A stretch of DNA of 55,395 bases, from assembly GCA_020859965.1 (NCBI GenBank), contig JAJBVF010000034.1, positions 167 through 55,561 of the forward strand, given 5' to 3'. The stretch is from Clostridiales bacterium (lineage in GTDB: Bacteria; Bacillota; Clostridia; Lachnospirales; Lachnospiraceae). The translations under genes were made by a program, and so were the position numbers. Shown here one piece after another: positions 8,015 to 16,813 of the stretch (position 1 is the first letter of the stretch; each line of letters begins with the position of its first letter). Below the pieces are notes generated by a model. The model made no database searches. It saw nothing but the letters and a program-made list of their open reading frames with translations, and was not told the DNA's origin.

Positions 8015-9628
8015 ATGGAAATGAGTCCCATATTTCTGCCTGTCGCCGTACTGTTTCCGATTCTCGGCGGCGCGCTGATACCGGTGCTTCCGTTTAAAAA
8101 CAGGCGGCAGATGATGATATATACGGAGAGCATTGTGCTTTTGAATTCCGTGCTGGCGCTGGCTATTCTGCTGAATCGCCCCCAGGATGAATTCGTATTA
8201 TTCCGCTTCACGAGCAACCTGACGCTGAGCTTTAAGCTGGATGGGCTCGGGACGGTATTCGCGGGGCTGATCTCTGCTCTGTGGCCGCTTGCGACGCTGT
8301 ATGCGTTTGAATATATGAAGCATGAGGAACATGAAAAGTTTTTCTTTATGTTTTACACCATTACTTTTGGCATCACCATGGGAATTGCTCTGGCGGAGGA
8401 CCTGGTGACGATGTATTGCTTCTATGAGATGCTGACGCTCGTGACGGTGCCGCTGGTTTTGCATACTCTGAAGCGGGAAGCCATCCTGGCAGGGCGCACG
8501 TATCTGTATTATTCGCTTGGCGGCGCCGCGTTTGCATTTATCGGCGTGATTTTCATCCTGGTCTATGGCACGACTCCGAACTTTGTGGCCGGAGGGGTTC
8601 TGGATCTGGAAAAAATCGGAAGCCGCACCAATTTGCTGCTGCTGATTTATGTATTCTGCTTTTTCGGATTCAGTGTGAAAGCGGCAATGTTTCCGTTTTC
8701 CGGCTGGCTGCCGAAGGCGGGTGTCGCGCCGACGCCGGTCACGGCTCTTCTGCATGCGGTGGCGGTCGTCAAGGCCGGAGCGTTTGCGACCATGCGCATT
8801 ACCTACTATAGCTTCGGCACCGAATTTCTGCGCGGCACCTGGGCGCAGACGGCGGTGATGATCCCGGTGATTTTTACGATTGTATACGGCTGCAGCCGCG
8901 CCTTGAAGGAGACGCACCTGAAACGCCGCCTGGCCTGGTCTACCGTGAGCAATCTGTCCTATATTCTCTTTGGTGTCACACTGATGACGCCGCTTGGCCT
9001 GACTGCGGCGCTGACGCATATGGTATGCCACGCGGTGATCAAGATCTGCGCGTTTTTCTGCGCCGGCGCGGTGATCGTGCAGAGCGGAAACGAATATGTC
9101 TACCAGTTGGACGGTCTTGGCAAAAAAATGCCCAGGGTATTTGCGGTTTTCACGATCTCCGGTATGGCGCTGATGGGCGTACCGGGACTGGCGGGATTCA
9201 GCAGCAAGTGGAACCTGGTAAAGGCAGCGCTTGACAGTACGCATCCCCTTGCGGTGGTCGGCATAGTAGCTCTGCTGATTTCCGCGCTGCTGACCGCGAT
9301 CTACATGCTCACCATCAGCGTCCGCGCATTTTGCAGCCCCGCCCAACGCGAAGCGTCTTTAAATGGGCGGGGCGACCTGCCGTCGAGCGAAGCGAGGGGG
9401 TGCAACCTTAGCAGCCCCGCCCTCGCCGGGAGGCATCCCACACTACGTGCGGGATATTCTCCACGCGAAGCGTCTTTAAATGAGCGGAGCGACCGGGACG
9501 ACGTCCGCGACCCTGGCTGGATGATGATGCTGCCGCTGGCAGTTTTCGTGGTGGCGATGTTCGCGATCGGTTTGCATCCGCAGCCGCTGGTGAATGCGTT
9601 TACGCAGATTGCGTCTGTAATGAAGTAA
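8015..9628 (+). CDS. Antiporter-like membrane subunit 3 (MrpA/NuoL-like core)
   Basis: FYEMLT, WLPKAGVAPTPVTALLHAVAVVKAG (NuoL/MrpA-type His motif) and GFSSKW; AGGAGG RBS. Confidence 0.9.
   Translation: MEMSPIFLPVAVLFPILGGALIPVLPFKNRRQMMIYTESIVLLNSVLALAILLNRPQDEFVLFRFTSNLTLSFKLDGLGTVFAGLISALWPLATLYAFEYMKHEEHEKFFFMFYTITFGITMGIALAEDLVTMYCFYEMLTLVTVPLVLHTLKREAILAGRTYLYYSLGGAAFAFIGVIFILVYGTTPNFVAGGVLDLEKIGSRTNLLLLIYVFCFFGFSVKAAMFPFSGWLPKAGVAPTPVTALLHAVAVVKAGAFATMRITYYSFGTEFLRGTWAQTAVMIPVIFTIVYGCSRALKETHLKRRLAWSTVSNLSYILFGVTLMTPLGLTAALTHMVCHAVIKICAFFCAGAVIVQSGNEYVYQLDGLGKKMPRVFAVFTISGMALMGVPGLAGFSSKWNLVKAALDSTHPLAVVGIVALLISALLTAIYMLTISVRAFCSPAQREASLNGRGDLPSSEARGCNLSSPALAGRHPTLRAGYSPREASLNERSDRDDVRDPGWMMMLPLAVFVVAMFAIGLHPQPLVNAFTQIASVMK
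9333..9494. repeat. Palindromic REP/MITE-like element read in frame inside antiporter subunit 3
   Basis: 32-bp direct repeat acgcgaagcgtctttaaatgRgcggRgcgacc at 9346-9377 and 9463-9494; perfect stem gccccgccca/tgggcggggc (9336-9345 / 9364-9373); hairpin atcccacac-tac-gtgcgggat (9435-9455). Confidence 0.7.
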
Positions 9629-9638
9629 GGAAAGGGGG

Positions 9639-11912
9639 ATGGAAAAAATGTCAAATATGATGCTGGCTGTACTGGTGTTTTATCCGTTCCTCGGAGGAAT
9701 TGCGGCGTGGGCGCTGCGCGGATGGCTTTCAAAAGGAAAGGACGGATTCTCTTTTTTGAAGCTTACCGGCAGTGCGCTGGTTGCGGATTTTGTGGCAGTG
9801 ACGGAATTTTTGCTGATGCTGGCTCTTTTTATCGGGCAGGTTTCGAAGGCGGAGAGTGGGTCTGGAACACTGTTGTCTCTGGCCATCCCGGAGATCTGCG
9901 GCTTTGGTCTGCACTTTACACTGGACGGGTTTCGCCTGCTCTATGGAATGATTGCCGCTCTGATGTGGATGATGACGGCGCTGCTGTGTCCGGAATATTT
10001 TTCCGGTCATTCGCATTCATCCAGAAGATCAGCTGAAAAAACGCAGGCAGGATCGAAGGCGGCAGGGGAAACGACGTCGGAAGCAGTGCCAATCAAAGGC
10101 TCAGCAGAAGAGTCTGAGCCGTCCCCGGATCGGTTTTATGTGTTCTTTTTGCTGACTCTCGGCGCAACGATGGGCGTGTTTCTGTCTGAGGATCTGTATA
10201 CGACCTTTATTTTCTTTGAGATGATGTCCTTCACCTCTTATGTCTGGGTGGCGCACGAGGAAAACAACGCGGCGCTGCGCGCGGCGGACACCTATCTGGC
10301 CGTGGCAGTGACCGGCGGCCTTGTGATGCTGATGGGCATCTTCGGTGTCTGGCACGAGCTGGGGACGCTGACCATCTCGGAGCTTCCTGCCGCGGCCGCT
10401 GCCTATGGAAATAAGCCTCTGCTATATGCACTGGGAGGCTGCATGCTTTTTGGATTCGGAGCCAAGGCTGGCGCGTTTCCGCTGCATATCTGGCTGCCAA
10501 AGGCGCATCCGGTGGCTCCGGCTCCGGCATCCGCGCTGCTTTCCGGTATTCTGACTAAGACCGGTATCTTTGGCGTGTTGGCTGTTACCAGCGGTTTGTT
10601 TTTACACGATAAGCAATGGGGAACGCTGATCCTGGCAATTGGCGCGGCCACGATGTTTGGCGGAGCGCTGCTTGCGGTATTTTCTATCAATCTGAAACGC
10701 ACCCTTGCCTGCTCGTCTATGTCGCAGATCGGGTTTATCCTGATTGGCGTCGGCATGCAGTGCATGCTCGGTGAGGAAAACGCGTTGGCTGTGCATGGAA
10801 CACTGCTTCACATGATGAATCATTCCATGATCAAGCTGGTGCTGTTTATGGCTGCCGGTGTGATTTATATGAACGCGCATGCTCTCGATCTGAACGTGAT
10901 CCGCGGCTATGGAAGGAAAAAGCCTTTGCTGAAGGTCATTTTCCTGGTTGGCGCGCTGGCCATCGGCGACATTCCGTGTTTTGGCGGATACATCAGCAAG
11001 ACCCTGCTGCATGAGAGCATTCTGGAGTACGGCGGCGGATGGATTTTCCGGGCACTCGAATATCTGTTCCTGCTCTCCGGCGGTATGACCGTAGCGTATA
11101 TGACCAAGCTGTTTATGGCGATCTTTGCAGAAAAGAATGCGGACGGCGGCCTGCAGAAGAAGTACGACGATCAGAAAAACTACATGAATCCGGCAAGCAC
11201 CTTTGCCCTTTCCGGCAGCGCCCTGATTTTGCTGATCTGGGGCCTGTTCCCGCATACCATCATGGATAAGGCCGCCCGGATCGGCCAGGCTTTTATGGGT
11301 CTGGAAGAATTCGGCGAGACGGTCAGCTATTTCAGCTGGAAAAACCTCTCCGGCGGACTGATCTCTATCGGCATCGGCGTAGTCGTGTATTTGTTTGTGA
11401 TCCGGAAGCTGCTGATGAAGAAAAAAGAATATATCAACGCCTGGCCGTCCTGGCTGGATCTGGAGGAAAAGATCTACCGGCCGCTCCTTTTAAAGGTGCT
11501 GCCTTCCATATGCGGGGCGATCTGTCATGTGCTGGACGTGATGACCGATACTCTGGCTGCCATCCTGATTCCGGTGGGACATGTGCTGGCGCGCATTCTG
11601 GACAGCCTGACGGATCTTTCCGTAGTCGGACTGCGCAAAACGATCTACAAGGATTCGCCCAAGCCTCATGAACGCGCCTGGGGCAATGTCCTGACTGTAG
11701 CGATCGGTAACGTGCTGAACGCAGTGCAGGCACTGGCAAACCGGACCTGGAGACGCAAAAATCCCGGCACAGTCGATTACCGGCGCGAGATGGCGCTTCG
11801 CTATGACGTCTGGAGAGAGAGCAGCACCGTCATCAGCCGGAGTCTCTCCTACGGGCTGCTGCTCGTGATCATCGGATTTACGCTGACGCTGGTGTATATC
11901 CTGTGGTGGTAA
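9639..11912 (+). CDS. Antiporter-like membrane subunit 4 (HyfB/NuoL/MbsH''-like) with long C-terminal extension
   Basis: FFEMMS, KAGAFPLHIWLPKAHPVAPAPASALLSGILTKTG, NHSMIK and GYISK motifs; about 170-aa extension ending in a TM helix. Confidence 0.9.
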   Translation: MEKMSNMMLAVLVFYPFLGGIAAWALRGWLSKGKDGFSFLKLTGSALVADFVAVTEFLLMLALFIGQVSKAESGSGTLLSLAIPEICGFGLHFTLDGFRLLYGMIAALMWMMTALLCPEYFSGHSHSSRRSAEKTQAGSKAAGETTSEAVPIKGSAEESEPSPDRFYVFFLLTLGATMGVFLSEDLYTTFIFFEMMSFTSYVWVAHEENNAALRAADTYLAVAVTGGLVMLMGIFGVWHELGTLTISELPAAAAAYGNKPLLYALGGCMLFGFGAKAGAFPLHIWLPKAHPVAPAPASALLSGILTKTGIFGVLAVTSGLFLHDKQWGTLILAIGAATMFGGALLAVFSINLKRTLACSSMSQIGFILIGVGMQCMLGEENALAVHGTLLHMMNHSMIKLVLFMAAGVIYMNAHALDLNVIRGYGRKKPLLKVIFLVGALAIGDIPCFGGYISKTLLHESILEYGGGWIFRALEYLFLLSGGMTVAYMTKLFMAIFAEKNADGGLQKKYDDQKNYMNPASTFALSGSALILLIWGLFPHTIMDKAARIGQAFMGLEEFGETVSYFSWKNLSGGLISIGIGVVVYLFVIRKLLMKKKEYINAWPSWLDLEEKIYRPLLLKVLPSICGAICHVLDVMTDTLAAILIPVGHVLARILDSLTDLSVVGLRKTIYKDSPKPHERAWGNVLTVAIGNVLNAVQALANRTWRRKNPGTVDYRREMALRYDVWRESSTVISRSLSYGLLLVIIGFTLTLVYILWW

Positions 11913-11950
11913 AATCAATATAGGGGTAGTTTCTCTGATACAAAAATATA

Positions 11951-11997
11951 AAGACACAAAAACAGCCTTTATCTGAATAGGGCTGTTTTTGTGTCTT
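11951..11997. terminator. Bidirectional rho-independent terminator
   Basis: Perfect 17-bp inverted repeat aagacacaaaaacagcc / ggctgtttttgtgtctt between convergent genes. Confidence 0.85.
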
Positions 11998-12027
11998 ATG
12001 CACACGGCCGGGCAAGTCGGAAATTAT

Positions 12028-14469
12028 TTACTGCTCATTCTTTCCCGGTTTCATTTTTTTCCGTTGCTTTTTCGCCTCATACAGCTTCTGGTCTGCCAGC
12101 ATCAGGGCTTCTTTCAGAGTGATGGTATCATCCGGCCGGATAGGACAGACTCCGGCGGAGACGCTCAGAAGATAGGGCTTGCTGCTGGTCTGGTTATACT
12201 GGTCGAATTGGCTGTACAGGGCAGAGATGATTTCCTGAGCATCTTTGGCGCTCATCTCCAGAAGACAGGTAAATTCATCTCCCCCGATGCGCCCCGCGAT
12301 CCCGCGTCCGCGCACCAGCTCCTGCAGAATTTTTCCAATCTGCCGCAGAGAACTGTCGCCTTCTCTGTGTCCGAACTGATCGTTGATCAGTTTCAGGTTG
12401 TCCATGTCGATGTAGAGGAGTACCTGGTGACGCCCGGCTTTTTGCAGGGCTGTTATCTGCTCCTCTGCCTGTGCGTAGAAGCCGCGGACATTCAGGAGAC
12501 CGGTGAGCGGGTCGGATTTGGAAATCACATCCAGCTCAATGTTGTGGTCCTTAAGCGTTTCCAGGTTGGCCTCCAGCTGAGCCTGGATTTTTTCGTTGGC
12601 CTGCAAAAGCAGGATCATTTTGATCGCGGAGCCAAGCTGATTGACCAGAAACTCGCCGTTGACAAATAGTGCCCGCGTCATGTCGCAGATCAGGACGCCA
12701 TATACCATTTTTCCGGAAAACAGCGGCAGAAGGACCTGTGGGTGCCCTCCCGGCTTATTCGGTTTCACGTATCGGTACATTTCTTCCAGGGTCTGCGGCT
12801 GCCGCAACAGCGGAATAGCGCGGGTGTCCCCATTTATGCGCTCTGTTTTCAGTACGAGTCCATCGGATGCCGCAAATGGCTCCTGGAAGGCATGTTCCAT
12901 CGGGGCCGGGAGCAGGTAGAGCCAGGCGTTTTCGATCTGAAGCCAGTCCAGATTGCGCAGTGCATAGCAGTAGCTCTCGTCTGTCCCCTGCTCAAACTGC
13001 AGGATATTCTGCACGAAAAGCTTCATATCATAATTGGCCTGCTGCTCCTTTTTCATGACTGCGGCCGAGTGCCGGTTCATGGCCAGAATAATCCTCTGGT
13101 AAATCATGGAAAATACATTTCGCAGATGCAGGCGTGCTTCCGCGTCGGCTTGCAATTCGTAAAGGGCATGATAGAAATCATCGAATAAGGTCATCAGCCC
13201 GTCAATGTCTGTAATATTCACTACATCTTCATTCAGAAATTCATCCAGGATGGACGCGATTTCGTCTGTGTTTTGGCGGGCGGACGGTTCTGGCTCTACC
13301 TCAAAGAAACGCCCTGCGGCCTCATTCCCCGGCGCGAAATGTTCTGTGAGCGTACGAAACAGACGCATGTATGATTCTCTTACTTTGGCTCGCCGTACAT
13401 GTTCCTCAGCGTGATAATTGCGATAAAAGATATCATGGAAGCTGACAGGCAGGCCATCCAGAATCTGTCCGAGACTTTTGACTCCTCTGTCCGTGTGCAC
13501 AAAGGAATCCCGCAGGACAAAATGCGTGGGGATAACGATATTAGCGGCAGTCTTGCGGGACTGAGTGTGCACGGATGATGCCGAATTCTCGCGGAAACCG
13601 TCCGCCAACGCTGCATTTTCGTGAAAATGGGAACTGCCATCAGCTGTGCCCGCATAATACAGATCCAGCACAGACCTTAGCGCGGCCTCTCCGAGCTGGT
13701 TCGGATCCGCCCGCACGGATGAGAGAGCAGGCGTGGCTTTGGCTGCGGCGGCACAGTCGTCGAAGCCCAGTATGGAGATGTCCTTCCCGGGGATTTTGCC
13801 GCATGCGTACAGCTCCTGGTACAGGCCGAGCGCAGTGTCGTCATTGACGCAGAAGATAGCGTCAAGATCCGGGTTTACCTCCAGAAAGGCGCGGTAGACC
13901 TCGTGACTGTTCTGGGAAAGATCGCCTTCCGTGTAGCGGCGATCCGGGAAATCAATCTGATTTTCTTCAAGTACTTTCCGGAAAATCGCAAGCCTCTCCA
14001 TGGCATCCGTATTATTGGCGTGCCCGCCGATCATGCCGATGCGCGTACATTTGCAGACCTTGATCAGGTATTCCAGTCCTTCGCGGATACCGGTTTCATT
14101 ATCGTAAATGACATTCGTATAATCATCGAACCGGGAGGCGATCAGTACGCTGGGAATACCGTCGAATTGCTGCAGAAGCTGACGAATCCGCTCCGGCGTG
14201 GAAAAACAGCCGATGCAGTCCGCCGCAATAATCAGGGCGTCCAGACAGCCTTTTTTTACATAGGAAAAAACAGTGCTGTACTGATATTCGTACATCAGTT
14301 CATGATTGTCCGTGAGATCTCGATCAATGTACTTGCCTGGAAAAAACAGTGTATGAACACCCTGCACACGTGCTTCAGCCATGATGCCGTTGCAGATGTG
14401 TATGGTAAAATCATCGAGAATTCCACTGACAAGAACGCCGATGGTCGGATTTTCTTTCCTGCCGGTCAT
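12028..14469 (-). CDS. Diguanylate cyclase with N-terminal LacI-type (periplasmic-binding-fold) sensor domain
   Basis: C-terminal DPLTGLLN...DMDNLKLINDQFGHREGD...RIGGDEF; N-terminal DAIFCVNDDTALG...ISILGFDD...LSSV; start put at ATG 14469 (ORF extends to 14508). Confidence 0.88.
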   Translation of the reverse strand: MTGRKENPTIGVLVSGILDDFTIHICNGIMAEARVQGVHTLFFPGKYIDRDLTDNHELMYEYQYSTVFSYVKKGCLDALIIAADCIGCFSTPERIRQLLQQFDGIPSVLIASRFDDYTNVIYDNETGIREGLEYLIKVCKCTRIGMIGGHANNTDAMERLAIFRKVLEENQIDFPDRRYTEGDLSQNSHEVYRAFLEVNPDLDAIFCVNDDTALGLYQELYACGKIPGKDISILGFDDCAAAAKATPALSSVRADPNQLGEAALRSVLDLYYAGTADGSSHFHENAALADGFRENSASSVHTQSRKTAANIVIPTHFVLRDSFVHTDRGVKSLGQILDGLPVSFHDIFYRNYHAEEHVRRAKVRESYMRLFRTLTEHFAPGNEAAGRFFEVEPEPSARQNTDEIASILDEFLNEDVVNITDIDGLMTLFDDFYHALYELQADAEARLHLRNVFSMIYQRIILAMNRHSAAVMKKEQQANYDMKLFVQNILQFEQGTDESYCYALRNLDWLQIENAWLYLLPAPMEHAFQEPFAASDGLVLKTERINGDTRAIPLLRQPQTLEEMYRYVKPNKPGGHPQVLLPLFSGKMVYGVLICDMTRALFVNGEFLVNQLGSAIKMILLLQANEKIQAQLEANLETLKDHNIELDVISKSDPLTGLLNVRGFYAQAEEQITALQKAGRHQVLLYIDMDNLKLINDQFGHREGDSSLRQIGKILQELVRGRGIAGRIGGDEFTCLLEMSAKDAQEIISALYSQFDQYNQTSSKPYLLSVSAGVCPIRPDDTITLKEALMLADQKLYEAKKQRKKMKPGKNEQ

Positions 14470-14673
14470 ACCTTTGCCCCCTGCTGTAAAATCATACTTG
14501 CGAAACATGTTTTAGCGCGGTCTGACAGACAGTGCCAGGCTTACCGCGAGTATTCAACGAAGTATGCGTAAAACGAAAAGTAATGTTACAGATATTCTAT
14601 CACAGAATCAGATAAAGGTATAGAAAGATTTTTTATAAAAGCGATTTTCTTTTCACAAAATTACGACTGCCTC

Positions 14674-14702
14674 TTGCAAAGTCGGCGAGGGAACGGTATG
14701 AT
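14674..14702 (+). promoter_or_regulatory. Putative sigma70 promoter of tatD
   Basis: TTGCAA, 17 nt, TATGAT. Confidence 0.65.
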
Positions 14703-14736
14703 GAGAAAATTAGAATATCAGAGGGGGATTTCTGAG

Positions 14737-15519
14737 ATGATTTTTGATACGCATGCGCATTATGATGACGAAGCCTTTGACGAAGACCGGGAGGAACTGC
14801 TCTCACAGATGGCGGGGGCTAAAGTTGGCGCGATTGTAAATATGGGTGCTTCCCTGGCGGGAGTAGAGAGGAGCCAGCAGCTTGCCGCACGGTATCCTTT
14901 TATCTATGCGGGCGTGGGCGTGCATCCGGATGAGGTCGGCTCTCTGGATGAGGAAAAGCTGCGCGGGCTGTACGAGCTTTGCCGCAGTCCTAAGACGGTG
15001 ACGGTCGGCGAGATCGGACTGGATTATTACTGGGACCGGGAAAATCACGATACTCAGAAACAGTGGTTTGTGCGCCAGCTGCAGATGGCGAAGGACGTGG
15101 ATCTTCCAGTCAACATTCACAGCCGGGACGCGGCGCAGGATACTTTTGATATTATGAAGACTGAGCACGCCGGGACAACGGGCGGCATTATCCATTGCTT
15201 TTCCGCGTCCGCGCAGATGGCGCGGGAATACGTAAAGCTGGGCTACTACATCGGCGTCGGCGGCGTAGTTACGTTTAAAAACGCGCGCGTGATGAAGGAG
15301 GTCGTTGCCGAGGTGCCGATGGACCACATTGTAATCGAGACCGACTGTCCCTATCTGGCGCCCGCGCCGCACCGGGGAAAACGGAATTCCTCTCTGTATC
15401 TTCCGCTGGTGATTGAAGCGATTGCCGGGATCAAAGGACTTTCCCCGCAGGAAGTGGAGAAGATCACCTGGGAGAATGCGCGGAGAGTATACCGCTTTTC
15501 TGGAAACATTCCTCTTTGA
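14737..15519 (+). CDS. tatD: TatD-family metal-dependent nuclease
   Basis: FDTHAH, GVHP, GEIGLDY, IHSRDA, IIHCFS and ETDCPYLAP motifs. Confidence 0.95.
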   Translation: MIFDTHAHYDDEAFDEDREELLSQMAGAKVGAIVNMGASLAGVERSQQLAARYPFIYAGVGVHPDEVGSLDEEKLRGLYELCRSPKTVTVGEIGLDYYWDRENHDTQKQWFVRQLQMAKDVDLPVNIHSRDAAQDTFDIMKTEHAGTTGGIIHCFSASAQMAREYVKLGYYIGVGGVVTFKNARVMKEVVAEVPMDHIVIETDCPYLAPAPHRGKRNSSLYLPLVIEAIAGIKGLSPQEVEKITWENARRVYRFSGNIPL

Positions 15520-15565
15520 ACTTTGCGGCGCGTGAGGAAGACATTAGCAGCGGTTCCGGTATGTT

Positions 15566-15652
15566 GGAAAGTAGTTAGTGAAGAAGCGCATGCAGGAAGG
15601 TAGTTAGTGAAGAAGCGTATGCAGGAAAGTAGTAAGAGACAAGCCGCATGCC
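15566..15652. repeat. 29-bp tandem repeat, 3 copies, between tatD and rsmA
   Basis: ggaaagtagttagtgaagaagcgcatgca (15566), ggaaggtagttagtgaagaagcgtatgca (15595), degenerate third copy (15624). Confidence 0.85.
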
Positions 15653-15766
15653 GGATTTTTAATCTGAAAAACTGGCATGCCAGAGCGTAGTCAGACTGAC
15701 ATATCTATCAGAAAACAGAAAAGAGGCTCAGGAAAGCCCGCAGACACAGCCCACAGAGGAGAGAAC

Positions 15767-16624
15767 ATGGAAAAGCTTGCGAACCCGCAAAAGACAATCG
15801 AAGTCATTCAGAAAAATAATTTTCATTTTCAGAAGCGATATGGTCAGAATTTTCTGATCGATGCGCATGTGCTGGAGAAAATCGTCGCGGCGGCCCAGAT
15901 CACACTGGACGATTTTGTCCTGGAGGTCGGCCCCGGCATCGGGACGCTGACCCAGTATCTGGCGGAGGCGGCGCGCGAGGTGGTAGCAGTGGAGATCGAC
16001 CGGGATCTGATACCGATCCTGGAGGAAACGTTGAGCGATTACAAGAATGTGACGGTGCTCAACCAGGACATTCTGAAGGTGGATGTCACCGCGCTCGCGC
16101 AGGAAAAAAACGGCGGCCGCCCGATTAAGGTCATCGGAAACCTTCCATATTATATTACGACGCCGATTGTTATGGGACTGCTGGAAAGCCGGGTGCCGCT
16201 GGAGAGCATTACGGTGATGGTGCAAAAAGAGGTGGCACTGCGGATGCAGGCTTCCCCTGGCACGAAGGATTACGGGGCGCTCTCCCTCGCCGTTCAGTAT
16301 TACGCGGAACCCTATCTGGCCGCGAATGTGCCGCCGAATTGCTTCATCCCCCGCCCCGGAGTCGGCAGCGCAGTCATCCGTCTGACTTGCCTCGAAAATC
16401 CGGCGGTCGCGGTAAAGGATGAAAAATTATTGTTTTCGATCATACACGCCTCTTTCGGTCAGCGCAGGAAGACCCTTGTGAACGGCCTGAGAAACGCGCC
16501 GGGGCTGGATTTTACGAAGGAACAGATCGAGGAGGCCTTAAGAAGGACGGGGTTAAGTGAGACCGTGCGGGGAGAGACCCTGACGCTTGCGCAGTTTGCG
16601 CAGCTGGCGGATGAGCTGCAATGA
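15767..16624 (+). CDS. rsmA: 16S rRNA adenine dimethyltransferase (KsgA)
   Basis: GQNFLID, VLEVGPGIG, GNLPYYITTP, MVQKEVA and FGQRRKTL motifs; GAGGAG RBS before ATG 15767. Confidence 0.96.
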   Translation: MEKLANPQKTIEVIQKNNFHFQKRYGQNFLIDAHVLEKIVAAAQITLDDFVLEVGPGIGTLTQYLAEAAREVVAVEIDRDLIPILEETLSDYKNVTVLNQDILKVDVTALAQEKNGGRPIKVIGNLPYYITTPIVMGLLESRVPLESITVMVQKEVALRMQASPGTKDYGALSLAVQYYAEPYLAANVPPNCFIPRPGVGSAVIRLTCLENPAVAVKDEKLLFSIIHASFGQRRKTLVNGLRNAPGLDFTKEQIEEALRRTGLSETVRGETLTLAQFAQLADELQ

Positions 16625-16813
16625 TATGAGATTGTAAAAACAGTATAAATATTGGTAAACTGTGTGCATAATTACGATCCCCTGCAGATGAATCTGGTTT
16701 GAGAGAATTTTACAATCTGCTTGAGTTTTATTTTTTGATACTGTATGATGGGTTTGTTGTTTGAAGCCGTTCTCTGTGAGACAGGGATTGCGAAATGAGA
16801 GGATGTGTGACAG

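Noticed and set aside
8198-9346. Long antisense ORFs (also 11989..12669, 23180..24208, 31704..32690, 34993..35913, 48909..50054)
   Set aside because: They lie opposite well-supported genes and are explained by codon bias; no motifs
1195-11912. Membrane-bound hydrogenase or complex I operon
   Set aside because: No NiFe large or small subunit, Fe-S protein or NuoH-like gene before the terminator
15566-15652. Mini-CRISPR (29-bp repeats)
   Set aside because: No spacers; a simple tandem repeat
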